Notes: a model not told the origin generated them from the letters alone. Counted from the first letter of the stretch, positions 28,695 to 37,367 are shown. The stretch: DNA of 40,852 nt from Candidatus Woesearchaeota archaeon (GCA_964419925.1 CAYQPR010000005.1:1-40852), one strand, 5' to 3'. Numbers and translations: made by a program.

Positions 28695-30752
28695 TTCCTT
28701 TTGATGTTCTTCTAAATATCTTTTTCTTGAAGGACATTCATTGTTTATGCAAAAGTCATAAGGTCTTTTTCCTTGTCTAATCATCTTTAATTTAGGAAAA
28801 CTGCATTCTTTACATATCTCACCAGGTTTCGGCAAAGCATATTTTGGAATTGAAAATGTTGTTTTACAGTTAGGATATTTATTACAAGCAACAAAATAAG
28901 ATTTATACAACTTATTATATAATATTCTTAAATCGCCTTCCTTACAAACGTGACATTTACCTACAATACTTACCTTATCTCTTGTTTCTTTATTTGCTTC
29001 AGCTAACGCTTTTCCAATTTCCAATTCATGTTTTTTGAATTTTTCGAGTATTTTTAATAAAATCTTCTTATTCTTTTCAACAATTTCTTCTTTAGTTTTC
29101 TTTCCTTCTTCAATTAATTCTGTTTCTTCTTCAAATTCTCTTGTTAATTTTTCGTCTACAATTTCTGGAGCATATTTTTCTAATGTTTCAACCGTTTTAA
29201 TGCCTAGTTCTGTTGCTTCAATACTTTGTTCAAGTATATACTGTCTGTCGTATAATGTTTCAATAATATTAGATCTCGTTGCTTTTGTTCCTAAATGTTT
29301 TGATTCTAATTCCTTAACCAAAGATGCCGGAGAATATCTTCTTGGAGGCTGTGTTTCTTTCTCAACCATTTCTACTTTTGGTTTTAATATCTCATCTCCT
29401 TTTTTCATTTCAGGGAGTTCAATTTCTTTTAATTCAGAATAAGGAGCATAATATTTATGCCATCCAGGATAAGTTGTTAAGATTCCTTTTGTGACAAAGA
29501 TTTCTTTATTACATTCTATTTCTACATTTAGTGATTTACGTTTTGCTGGTTCACCGTAAGTTGCAAATGTTCTTTTTGCAATTAAGTCATAGATTTTATG
29601 TTCACGTTCTTGTAATTTTCCTGGAATCTCTCCAGTAATTATTATTGCTGGATGTGCCGGATCTGTTTTTTTACCATTATTTGGAATTAATTTTGTTTTT
29701 AATAATTCTTTAACAAAATCTTTATAATTTGAATCTAACATTTTTGTGAGAATTTCTTTCATATCTATTGAATCAGGAATTTGTTGAGAACTTGTTCTTG
29801 GATAACTAATTAATCCTGCAACATATAATGTTTGAGCAATTGCTAAAGATTCTTTAGGATTTATTCCAAAATTTCTATAAGCTTCTAACTGCAATGTTGT
29901 TAAATCGAATGGAAATGGGGGTTCTTGAGTTAGTTCTGATTCTTTTATTTTATCTACAAATGCTTTTTTTCCTTTAGTATTTTTTAGAACTTTTTCTGCT
30001 TCTTCTTTCTTCCAAAACTCTGAGGTTTTATGTTCTGCAATAATCTCTTTTTTATCTGCTTTTCCAGTTAATGAAACTTCCCAATATGGAACGGGTTTGA
30101 ATGCTGAAATTTCTTTTTCTTTTTGAACAATTAAATTTAATGTTGGTCCTTGAACCCTTCCAATTGATAATACTTTAAAGCCACCTTGAGATGCTTTCAT
30201 CGCTAAGGTTAATGCTCTTGATAAATTGATCCCGTGTAACCAATCTAATTCGTGTCTGCATAATCCTGCATTTGCTTGACCCCAATCCATTGTTTTTGCT
30301 TTGTTTGTATAAGAAACAACTAAATCTTTTTTTGTTAATGTACTAAATTTCATTCTATGAGCATCTTTTTGTTTGCAAATAAACTTTACAATATTTAATC
30401 CTAGAACGGTTCCTTCATCATCAAAATCTGTGCATACTGTAAATTCTTTTACGTCTTTAGAAATTTTTTTAAAAGTTTCAATGTAATCTTTTGTATATTT
30501 TGCAAATTTGTTTACTTCATATGTTGGAACCCATTCATAACTAAAAGTTGGATATTTCCATCCTTTTCCATCTTTTTCTTTTAATCCAAATAAATGACCA
30601 ACTGCACAACCGACCACAATTTTCTTTTTGTTATGTGTAATCTCATAATAAGGAACCTTTTTGTTATTTTTTTTAACAACTTTATCGTCGGCTAAAGCTG
30701 TTGCTATTTTTAGAGCTGCGTCTGGCTTTTCTGCTATTAAAAGTTCAGTCAT
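28674..30752 (-). CDS. topA: Type IA DNA topoisomerase
   Basis: TOPRIM AEKP, AVGH, CTDFDDEG, GRVQGPTL, catalytic SYPRT, AHPAI, GTKATR, C-terminal Zn ribbons. Confidence 0.97.
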   Translation of the reverse strand: MTELLIAEKPDAALKIATALADDKVVKKNNKKVPYYEITHNKKKIVVGCAVGHLFGLKEKDGKGWKYPTFSYEWVPTYEVNKFAKYTKDYIETFKKISKDVKEFTVCTDFDDEGTVLGLNIVKFICKQKDAHRMKFSTLTKKDLVVSYTNKAKTMDWGQANAGLCRHELDWLHGINLSRALTLAMKASQGGFKVLSIGRVQGPTLNLIVQKEKEISAFKPVPYWEVSLTGKADKKEIIAEHKTSEFWKKEEAEKVLKNTKGKKAFVDKIKESELTQEPPFPFDLTTLQLEAYRNFGINPKESLAIAQTLYVAGLISYPRTSSQQIPDSIDMKEILTKMLDSNYKDFVKELLKTKLIPNNGKKTDPAHPAIIITGEIPGKLQEREHKIYDLIAKRTFATYGEPAKRKSLNVEIECNKEIFVTKGILTTYPGWHKYYAPYSELKEIELPEMKKGDEILKPKVEMVEKETQPPRRYSPASLVKELESKHLGTKATRSNIIETLYDRQYILEQSIEATELGIKTVETLEKYAPEIVDEKLTREFEEETELIEEGKKTKEEIVEKNKKILLKILEKFKKHELEIGKALAEANKETRDKVSIVGKCHVCKEGDLRILYNKLYKSYFVACNKYPNCKTTFSIPKYALPKPGEICKECSFPKLKMIRQGKRPYDFCINNECPSRKRYLEEHQKESKQSDS

Positions 30753-30793
30753 TCAATTTTAATTTTAGAACGTAGTATAAAAATCTTTTTATA

Positions 30794-31402
30794 TTAAATG
30801 TTTATTATTTTTCCTTCGCTTCCAACATTAATAACTAAAGTTTTTCCCAATTTCTCTTCTATGCCTGAAGCTTCATGAATATGACTGCAAATTAAAATAT
30901 CCGGTTTAAATTTTTTAAGTGCTTCTTTTACACCTGAGCTTCCTTCTCGAACTAAAGGATGTCCAAATCTCCCCATTTTTGCATCTTTTGGATGAACATG
31001 AGTAACCATTATTGTTTTTTTAGAATCCTTAATTTTTTCAAAACCTTTTTTCAATAAGGTAAATATTTCATCTTCAGAAATTTGATTAATTCCTATATTA
31101 TTTCCTGAACATCCAAAAATCCCAACATGATCATATTTAACAGAATACCCGTGTAAATTAGTTATTCCATAAAAATCTGCGATAAAATCTGCTGTAGCTA
31201 AACTCTCATGATTTCCAGGAACGAATAAAACCTTTTTTTTCTTGTCTAAAAATGGTGAAATAACCCCTGGAAGTTTATCATCATCCCCCATTATATCACC
31301 GGCTAGAACAACTAAATCAACTTTTTCATTAAATGCTCTTTGTGCTAGTTTTCTTGCGGTTCCAACATCCCCATGAATGTCTCCTGCAGCTAAAATTTTC
31401 AT
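30794..31402 (-). CDS. Calcineurin-like metallophosphoesterase
   Basis: GDIH, AGD, GNHE, THVHP and SHIHE motifs. Confidence 0.93.
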   Translation of the reverse strand: MKILAAGDIHGDVGTARKLAQRAFNEKVDLVVLAGDIMGDDDKLPGVISPFLDKKKKVLFVPGNHESLATADFIADFYGITNLHGYSVKYDHVGIFGCSGNNIGINQISEDEIFTLLKKGFEKIKDSKKTIMVTHVHPKDAKMGRFGHPLVREGSSGVKEALKKFKPDILICSHIHEASGIEEKLGKTLVINVGSEGKIINI

Positions 31403-31452
31403 ATTATGATAATAAAAATAAGGTTTATAAACTTTTATTCATATAGCAAATT

Positions 31453-31584
31453 ATGGATAGATTAAGTGTTTGCAGTATTTGTAAAAGTAATTTGAGTTCT
31501 GCGAGCTGTAAATTTTGTGGGAGAAATTTTTGTTTAAACTGTTCTAAGAATGGAGTTTGTAAATATTGTATTGAAAGATTTTAA
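31453..31584 (+). CDS. 43-aa zinc-finger microprotein (4 x CxxC), absent from ORF track
   Basis: MDRLSVCSICKSNLSSASCKFCGRNFCLNCSKNGVCKYCIERF; TATA TTTATAAA about 25 nt upstream; stop shares TTAA with the serS stop. Confidence 0.8.
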   Translation: MDRLSVCSICKSNLSSASCKFCGRNFCLNCSKNGVCKYCIERF

Positions 31585-32864
31585 TTTTTAGATTTAATTA
31601 CTTTAAAACCTGTATATTTGTGTAAGGCTTTTGGTATCTTAATACTTCCATCTTTTTGCTGATGATTCTCAATTATTGCAACCATTGCTCTCGATGTGGC
31701 CACCATGGTGTTGTTTAGGATATGAACATATTTCTTTTCATTATTTCTATCAAGATATTTTATATTTAAAGCTCGAGCTTGAAAATCCGTACAACTTCCT
31801 GCGGAGGTAACCTCTTTATATTCATTCTGTCTTGGGAACCAAGCTTCAATATCAAATTGTTTTGCAAATTTATTTCCTAAATCTCCAGAACATATCTCAA
31901 TGACTCTAAATGGAATTTCTAAACTTTTAAAAAAAGATTCGGTCAAACCTTGCATATATTTTAAAATTTTCAATGATTCTTCCGGTTTTGTAAATATAAC
32001 TTGCTCAACCTTATTAAATTGATGCATTCTAAATAACCATTTTGTATCGATTCCATGTCCCCCAATCTCTTTTCTGAAACAAGGAGTTACAGCAAATATT
32101 TTTCTTGGTAAATCTTCTTCTCTCAACATTTTATTTTTATAAAAAGTAACTAAAGAGTGCTCTGCCGTTCCAATTAAATATAAATCTTCTTTATCAACTT
32201 TATAGACAACATCTTCAAAATCTTTTAATCCATTTAAAGCTCCCAATAAAGTTTTATGATTTAATAACATGGGTGGAACAATTGGTGTAAATTTATTTTT
32301 AATTAAAAATTCTACGCCATATCTCTGTAATGCTAAGTCTAAAATTGCAATATCTCCACTTAGATAATTAAATCCTTTTCCAGCATTGCTAATTCCCTGC
32401 TCAAAATCAGCATATCCCAATTGTTCTAAAAGTTCTGCATGATTTTTTAGTTCAAAATTTAATTTTTTGGGCTTACCAACTTTTTTTATTACTGGATTAT
32501 CGAGGCCATCTTTTCCGAATGGAACATCTTCATTAAGGAGATTTGGAATTTCCAACAATAAAGAATCTAACTGAGATTTTCTAATATTATTTTTTTCTTC
32601 TAAGTTTTTGATTTCTTCTGGTAATTCCTTTGCTCTTTTTATCTCTTTACTTGCATCCTTGTTTGATTTTTTTAGTAGATTTATTTTTTCAGAAATAATA
32701 TTTCTTTCGTGTCTTAAAGACTCGATAATCTGGAGATCCTGACGATATTCTTTATCTAAAGAGATAAGGTTATTTAATAAACTAATTTTTTCTGGTTTAT
32801 TTCTCTGTTTTATATTCTCTTTAACAAGTTCAGGATTTTCCCTTATTAGATTAATATCAATCAT
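31581..32864 (-). CDS. serS: Serine--tRNA ligase (bacterial/eukaryal-type)
   Basis: MIDINLIR coiled-coil arm, LIGTAE, motif 2 CFRKE...FRMHQFNKVEQ, EVTSAGSCTDFQAR, motif 3 LNNT..ATSR, ENHQ. Start ATG 32864. Confidence 0.97.
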   Translation of the reverse strand: MIDINLIRENPELVKENIKQRNKPEKISLLNNLISLDKEYRQDLQIIESLRHERNIISEKINLLKKSNKDASKEIKRAKELPEEIKNLEEKNNIRKSQLDSLLLEIPNLLNEDVPFGKDGLDNPVIKKVGKPKKLNFELKNHAELLEQLGYADFEQGISNAGKGFNYLSGDIAILDLALQRYGVEFLIKNKFTPIVPPMLLNHKTLLGALNGLKDFEDVVYKVDKEDLYLIGTAEHSLVTFYKNKMLREEDLPRKIFAVTPCFRKEIGGHGIDTKWLFRMHQFNKVEQVIFTKPEESLKILKYMQGLTESFFKSLEIPFRVIEICSGDLGNKFAKQFDIEAWFPRQNEYKEVTSAGSCTDFQARALNIKYLDRNNEKKYVHILNNTMVATSRAMVAIIENHQQKDGSIKIPKALHKYTGFKVIKSKN

Positions 32865-32949
32865 AATAGTAAAAGTTGAATAGATTATATAAAGATTATG
32901 TTGTAATGAAAACATTTAAATATAGGTAAAGATAGAAAAAGTTTTGGGG

Positions 32950-33231
32950 ATGAAATTGGTTAAGAAAAAGGAAGATATTTTTGAAGTATTCTTTAGAAAA
33001 AAACCAGCGATGATGTTGGTTGCTCTTAGAAGAAGTGGTAAAAATAGATATGGGAGTAATCTCGCTAAGGAAGTTGATTGTACTTATTCTCATGCGGTTA
33101 AGATCTTACAAGAGATGGAAAAAGCTAATCTTATTAATTTTGAGAAACATGGAAGGATAAAAAACGTTCAGTTAACTGATTCTGGAAATAAAGTTGCGGA
33201 ACATATTGAGAGAATTAAAGAGCTTTTATAA
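32950..33231 (+). CDS. Winged-helix (MarR-like) transcription regulator
   Basis: YGSNLAKEVDCTYSHAVKIL...GRIKNVQLTDSG. Confidence 0.85.
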   Translation: MKLVKKKEDIFEVFFRKKPAMMLVALRRSGKNRYGSNLAKEVDCTYSHAVKILQEMEKANLINFEKHGRIKNVQLTDSGNKVAEHIERIKELL

Positions 33232-33234
33232 AAA

Positions 33235-33308
33235 CGGGCTCGATGGGATTTGAACCCACGACCTACTGATTAAGAGTCAGTTGCTCTACCAGGCTGAGCT
33301 ACGAGCCC
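33235..33308 (-). tRNA. tRNA-Lys(CTT), no intron, CCA not encoded
   Basis: GGGCTCG acceptor stem, D arm GCTC/GAGC, anticodon arm ACTGA-CT CTT AA-TCAGT, T loop TTCAAAT, discriminator G, upstream TTTAAATA. Confidence 0.97.
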
Positions 33309-33382
33309 ATCATTTTTTCTTTATGATTTATATTTAAAAAACTATTGGAAAAATTTAAAAACAAGTTGTTCTTTGCAAACTT

Positions 33383-33784
33383 ATGAAAAATCTATTAATT
33401 AAGATTAATGAACTTAAAGTTAATAATTATTCTAGAAAAGATGATTCTTTTGATGTCACAATTTCTTATATTGTTAATGAACAGTCTGGAAATATAACTA
33501 AACATTTTAAAATGGACAAACGAGCAGAAATTTTAGGGCATGAACTAGTTGAATTTTTGAAGGGTTATATTAAAGATAAAAATAAACCTTCTGCAACTGA
33601 AAGCGATTTTTTGGGAAATGTTGTAATTACTAGATATAACGATGTTGAAGAAGTTGAAGAAAAAGTTTCTGTGTTTTTTAAGAGATTTAATGATCACATA
33701 AAAGGATATAAAACAAAAGGATTTCATGAAGGATTTTTAACAAGATATAGTACTCCTGATGGATTTTCAATGAAAATTAATTAA
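33383..33784 (+). CDS. Hypothetical protein
   Basis: 133-aa ORF with GAAAAATTTAAAA promoter upstream and no recognised motif. Confidence 0.65.
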   Translation: MKNLLIKINELKVNNYSRKDDSFDVTISYIVNEQSGNITKHFKMDKRAEILGHELVEFLKGYIKDKNKPSATESDFLGNVVITRYNDVEEVEEKVSVFFKRFNDHIKGYKTKGFHEGFLTRYSTPDGFSMKIN

Positions 33785-33809
33785 AAAAATGGGAGTTAAC
33801 AAAACCCCC
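33783..33809 (-). terminator. Hairpin plus T7 terminator, possibly bidirectional
   Basis: Minus strand GGGGGTT-TTGTT-AACTCCC (7-bp stem with one G-U) then ATTTTTTT; a T run also follows on the plus strand. Confidence 0.7.
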
Positions 33810-33825
33810 TTTTTAAAAAAAATAT

Positions 33826-33951
33826 TTATTTTCTCTTTTTCTTTCTTCCGCCACGTGCCATCTTTGCTTCGCAGACATTTCCTTTACCGTCGACATAATA
33901 CAAATAACCAGATTTACGTTTGACGACGTTTTTTGCAATTACTGTTCCCAT
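33826..33951 (-). CDS. 41-aa highly basic small protein (candidate nucleic-acid-binding/chromatin protein), absent from ORF track
   Basis: MGTVIAKNVVKRKSGYLYYVDGKGNVCEAKMARGGRKKKRK; GGAGGT SD at 33960-33965, TATA TTTATATA at 33997-34004, own terminator. Confidence 0.85.
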   Translation of the reverse strand: MGTVIAKNVVKRKSGYLYYVDGKGNVCEAKMARGGRKKKRK

Positions 33952-34028
33952 TTTTGGTTACCTCCTTTAATTATCATCGTGGAAAGGGCAAACTAGTATA
34001 TAAACTTATTGATTCTCGTCGAAGAAAT

Positions 34029-34982
34029 CTAATTTAATAATTCTTTATCCAAAAGTATTTTAGCTATAGTTCCAGTCATTATATCAAACCGATTTTGAAT
34101 GTCTTCTTTAGATTGAAATTTATTTGATGGAGAGATTACCCTTATCACGCTCCATCCCTTTTTGGTCAATAAAAGATTTTTTAGATTATCTTTATTTTTA
34201 ACTTTTTTAATTTTATGCCAATACTCTCCATCCCACTCGATTGCAATTTTGAATGGATAGATTGGAATGTCAACTTCCATACGATTATCTAATATTTTCC
34301 AGTCATTGCAACCGACACAACGATAACCAAATATTTTTCTAAGATGTTTTACTGCATTTATTTGTTGATTTGAGGGATTCTTTCTAAGATTAGATAACAA
34401 CCTCTTATGTTTTGATGGGTTCTTGTGTAGTTCAGTTAAAAATTTAGATGCAATTTTTCTTTGTTTAAACCTAAATAACTTAGAATTTCTTCTTTCAATA
34501 AAAGATGCTCTAAACTTATCTGAAAACTCTTTGTTTTTGAATAATTTTCTAATTGATTTCTTGTGTTTCTTTCGAAAAGATTCATTCGACCATAATTTTT
34601 TAATTGCTATTTTATGTTTATCTATTAGTTTTTTATCGTGTATATACCTATTTTTCCAATATGTTGATAAAAATTCTTTCTTATTTTTTATTATAAATCC
34701 AGCTTTTTTTAGTCTATTTATTCTAGCAAAAATTGAACCTTTACCTTTATTTAATCTTTTTTCCAAATTTTCAATTGTTGTATTTGGATAATTTTTGATT
34801 AAATATGCATCTTCTTTATCTGTCCAAAAAACAATTGATTTTCTCCTTAGTTTAAGTTTATCCTTTTTACCAATGATTGCACCAATCTCCCGGCCGGGTA
34901 ATAAACTCTTTATTTTATTATATGGCTCATTAATGTTTTCTTTTAATATACAAATCTCCTGCTCATTCCATTTTTTACTCAT
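34029..34982 (-). CDS. Free-standing Vsr/DUF559/EDxHD-type endonuclease with N-terminal Myb-like and basic helical repeats
   Basis: KWNEQEICIL and WTDKEDAYL repeats; EVDIPI...IAIEWDGEYWH...D..KN..L..KGWSVIRV. Confidence 0.8.
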   Translation of the reverse strand: MSKKWNEQEICILKENINEPYNKIKSLLPGREIGAIIGKKDKLKLRRKSIVFWTDKEDAYLIKNYPNTTIENLEKRLNKGKGSIFARINRLKKAGFIIKNKKEFLSTYWKNRYIHDKKLIDKHKIAIKKLWSNESFRKKHKKSIRKLFKNKEFSDKFRASFIERRNSKLFRFKQRKIASKFLTELHKNPSKHKRLLSNLRKNPSNQQINAVKHLRKIFGYRCVGCNDWKILDNRMEVDIPIYPFKIAIEWDGEYWHKIKKVKNKDNLKNLLLTKKGWSVIRVISPSNKFQSKEDIQNRFDIMTGTIAKILLDKELLN

Positions 34983-35040
34983 CCATTTAAAAATATTTTT
35001 TTATTTATAAAGCTGACCCGCGAGGTTGTCACTTGGACAG

Positions 35041-35068
35041 TTGGGAGATAATATATATTTTAGAGAAT
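35041..35068 (-). other. dif-like 11-6-11 recombination site candidate
   Basis: Minus strand ATTCTCTAAAA-TATATA-TTATCTCCCAA, 4 bp after the Xer-like stop. Resembles Firmicutes-type dif (ACTTCCTAGAA-TATATA-TTATGTAAACT, recalled from memory). Confidence 0.45.
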
Positions 35069-35072
35069 ATAT

Positions 35073-35888
35073 TTAATTTTCGTCAAATGGATTTTTAATT
35101 TTTTTAATATAATCCATAAACGGTTTATTTGAAATAGAACTGTTTAAAACATTAGAAGAATTTCCAAGCATCATTTGAATATATTTTTGGCTTATCCCAT
35201 TATTATGAAGTACATTTGCAAATGTTGATCTAAGTGCATGACAAAAAACCCGTTTATTTAAACTCGCTTTTTTTGCTGCCAACTTTATCACCTTTTGAGG
35301 AAGTTTTATTGAAATATGCCTATCATTAACATTGAACAAATAGGGATTTTGATCTTTTCTATTAGACAAATATAATTTAATGTCTTCAACCAATCTGTTT
35401 GATAAAATTGCGATACGATCATTGTTATTCTCTAATTTTATATTGATTATTTTTTCATCTAAGTTTAAGTCTTTGATCTTTAGTTTTATGACCTCTCCTG
35501 CCTTTAATCCAGAATACGCCATTAATTTTAAAAGTAATTTATGTTTAGGGTTATCAACATTTTCTATTAAAGATTTTATCTCTTCTTTTGTTAAATTTGA
35601 GGAAATTCTTTTATCTAATTTTTGTAACTTAACATTTTCCATTATTCTCCTGTTAAAAAGATTATAAAAAGAAAATTTTAATGCAGACATTGCAAGATTA
35701 ACACTTCTTGCTTTATATTTTTTCTCTGAAGTTAAATAACTTAAATAATTTTTAATATCAATCTCTTCTGCTTTTTCAGGTTCTTTATTTATGAACTTTA
35801 AAAAATCTTTATTATGTAATAGATATGAATCGATTGTTTTTTGACTAAATCCCCTCGTTTTTAATTCGTTTTCTAGTTTATCAAGCAT
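35073..35888 (-). CDS. XerA/IntI-like tyrosine recombinase family protein with degenerate catalytic residues
   Basis: SAM-like N domain (RGFSQKTIDSY, SVNLAMSALKF); box I YSGLKAGE (R to K); HALRSTFA; LGN in place of LGH; no TTQIY tyrosine; IKNPFD end. Confidence 0.88.
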   Translation of the reverse strand: MLDKLENELKTRGFSQKTIDSYLLHNKDFLKFINKEPEKAEEIDIKNYLSYLTSEKKYKARSVNLAMSALKFSFYNLFNRRIMENVKLQKLDKRISSNLTKEEIKSLIENVDNPKHKLLLKLMAYSGLKAGEVIKLKIKDLNLDEKIINIKLENNNDRIAILSNRLVEDIKLYLSNRKDQNPYLFNVNDRHISIKLPQKVIKLAAKKASLNKRVFCHALRSTFANVLHNNGISQKYIQMMLGNSSNVLNSSISNKPFMDYIKKIKNPFDEN

Positions 35889-35976
35889 ATGAGTATACTA
35901 ATCGTTAAATATAAAAGGGTTACGATAGAAAATTTTCTTGCAAAAGATTTAAATATTGTCCGGAAAAAGTTTTATA

Positions 35977-36231
35977 ATGGATTTTTTATCTTTATTAGCT
36001 TTAATTGCTGGAGTTTCTATGGCGTTATCAAATATTCCACAGTCAATTAAAATATTTAAAAGAAAGAGTGCAAAAGATATATCTGTTATAAGTGTTTTAA
36101 TTATTCTTTTTGGAAGTATTATCTGGTTTATTTATGGAATTTCAATAAAGAATACGGCAGTAATCATTTCAAATGGAATTGGGATCTTAAGTGTTTCTTT
36201 TGTTTTAATTGGATGGAGATTATATAAATAA
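35977..36231 (+). CDS. SemiSWEET / PQ-loop transporter
   Basis: 3 TM; IPQSIKIFKRKSAKDIS, WFIYG, IISN. Start ATG 35977. Confidence 0.9.
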   Translation: MDFLSLLALIAGVSMALSNIPQSIKIFKRKSAKDISVISVLIILFGSIIWFIYGISIKNTAVIISNGIGILSVSFVLIGWRLYK

Positions 36232-36765
36232 TTAATATGGAATAATCACCCTTTTAGGACTTTCAGATAAACTTTGAAAATCAGAATGGTATAATGTATG
36301 TGAGAGAATATCTGCCATATAAACGACATTTGGACATTCGTGAAGACTGTGACGTTTGATGAAGTTATCTATAATGATGTTAGGATATTCTTGAAAACTT
36401 CTTTTAATATGCTCTTTTTGATCTTTTCTTAAGATACCATCCAAATATATTTTTATATTTTCAATTTCAAATAAATAGTTCTCTAAAAAATTTCTAATTA
36501 AAAAAGGTGCAACATGCGGAATATTTGTTGGAACATGTTCTAACTCTTTATTTTCTAAGATTGAGAATCGGTAATCTATTCCATTTGTACTAAACCATCT
36601 TTGAAATTCTTCGTAACTTGCTCTTTTTCCAAACTTTTTGACTAAACTATCTTCATGAACAAAAGAAAAAGTCGCTACAATGATTTCTGATTTTCTTTCT
36701 CCTGCATGATTACTATCATCTAAACCAACAATTAAAACGTTGTCTTCTAAACCCCGATTATGCAT
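36232..36765 (-). CDS. RNase H-fold hypothetical protein (RNase HII/DUF3800-like)
   Basis: IVGLDDS...IYLDG...VYMADILS acidic motif spacing. Confidence 0.55.
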   Translation of the reverse strand: MHNRGLEDNVLIVGLDDSNHAGERKSEIIVATFSFVHEDSLVKKFGKRASYEEFQRWFSTNGIDYRFSILENKELEHVPTNIPHVAPFLIRNFLENYLFEIENIKIYLDGILRKDQKEHIKRSFQEYPNIIIDNFIKRHSLHECPNVVYMADILSHTLYHSDFQSLSESPKRVIIPY

Positions 36766-36837
36766 ATTCTATATTAAATGAATAAATATTTAAATGTTTT
36801 AGAAAGAATTTATAAATAAGGGAACTAAGATAAAGTT

Positions 36838-37290
36838 ATGAAGTTTAAACTAAATTATGTTGTTATTCCATTGATTACGATTTTCGTCTCTTTATTTGGA
36901 AGTTATTTAACAAGTTCTGGAATGAAATGGTATGATACAATTAATCTTCCTTCGTTTACTCCTCAAGGGGGTTTTATTGGATTAGTATGGACAATTATTT
37001 TCATTTTAACAACAATATCTGCTTTAATTTTTTACAATAAGATTAAGAAAAAAAAATTAGTTGTTTCTTTATTTTTAATAAATGCGTTTTTGAATGTATT
37101 TTGGAGTTATTTATTTTTTTATAAACATCTAATATTTTTTGCTTTAATTGAGATGATATTTTTAGAGATTTCTGTGTTATTATTAATAATTTTTATGTGG
37201 AAAAAGTCTAGAACCTCATCTTATTTATTATTTTTATATGCTTTTTGGGTTTTATTTGCGACGTATTTAACGATTAGAATTTGTTACTGA
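36838..37290 (+). CDS. tspO: TspO/MBR tryptophan-rich sensory protein
   Basis: WYDTINLPSFTP, VWTIIF, LNVFWSYLFF, YAFWVLFATYL. Confidence 0.92.
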   Translation: MKFKLNYVVIPLITIFVSLFGSYLTSSGMKWYDTINLPSFTPQGGFIGLVWTIIFILTTISALIFYNKIKKKKLVVSLFLINAFLNVFWSYLFFYKHLIFFALIEMIFLEISVLLLIIFMWKKSRTSSYLLFLYAFWVLFATYLTIRICY

Positions 37291-37367
37291 ACTAACTATT
37301 CCGAATGTTTTAGAACGAAAAGTTTATATATCTAAAAAGTATAAGTTTATATTAATAGGAGATAAAT

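Noticed and set aside
94-30752. Replication origin suggested by clustering of replication genes
   Set aside because: No orc1/cdc6 gene, no ORB-like repeats and no intergenic region long enough were seen.
33235-35888. tRNA-Lys plus integrase as a tRNA-integrated island
   Set aside because: The tRNA 3' end points away from the accessory region and no duplicated tRNA 3' fragment was seen.
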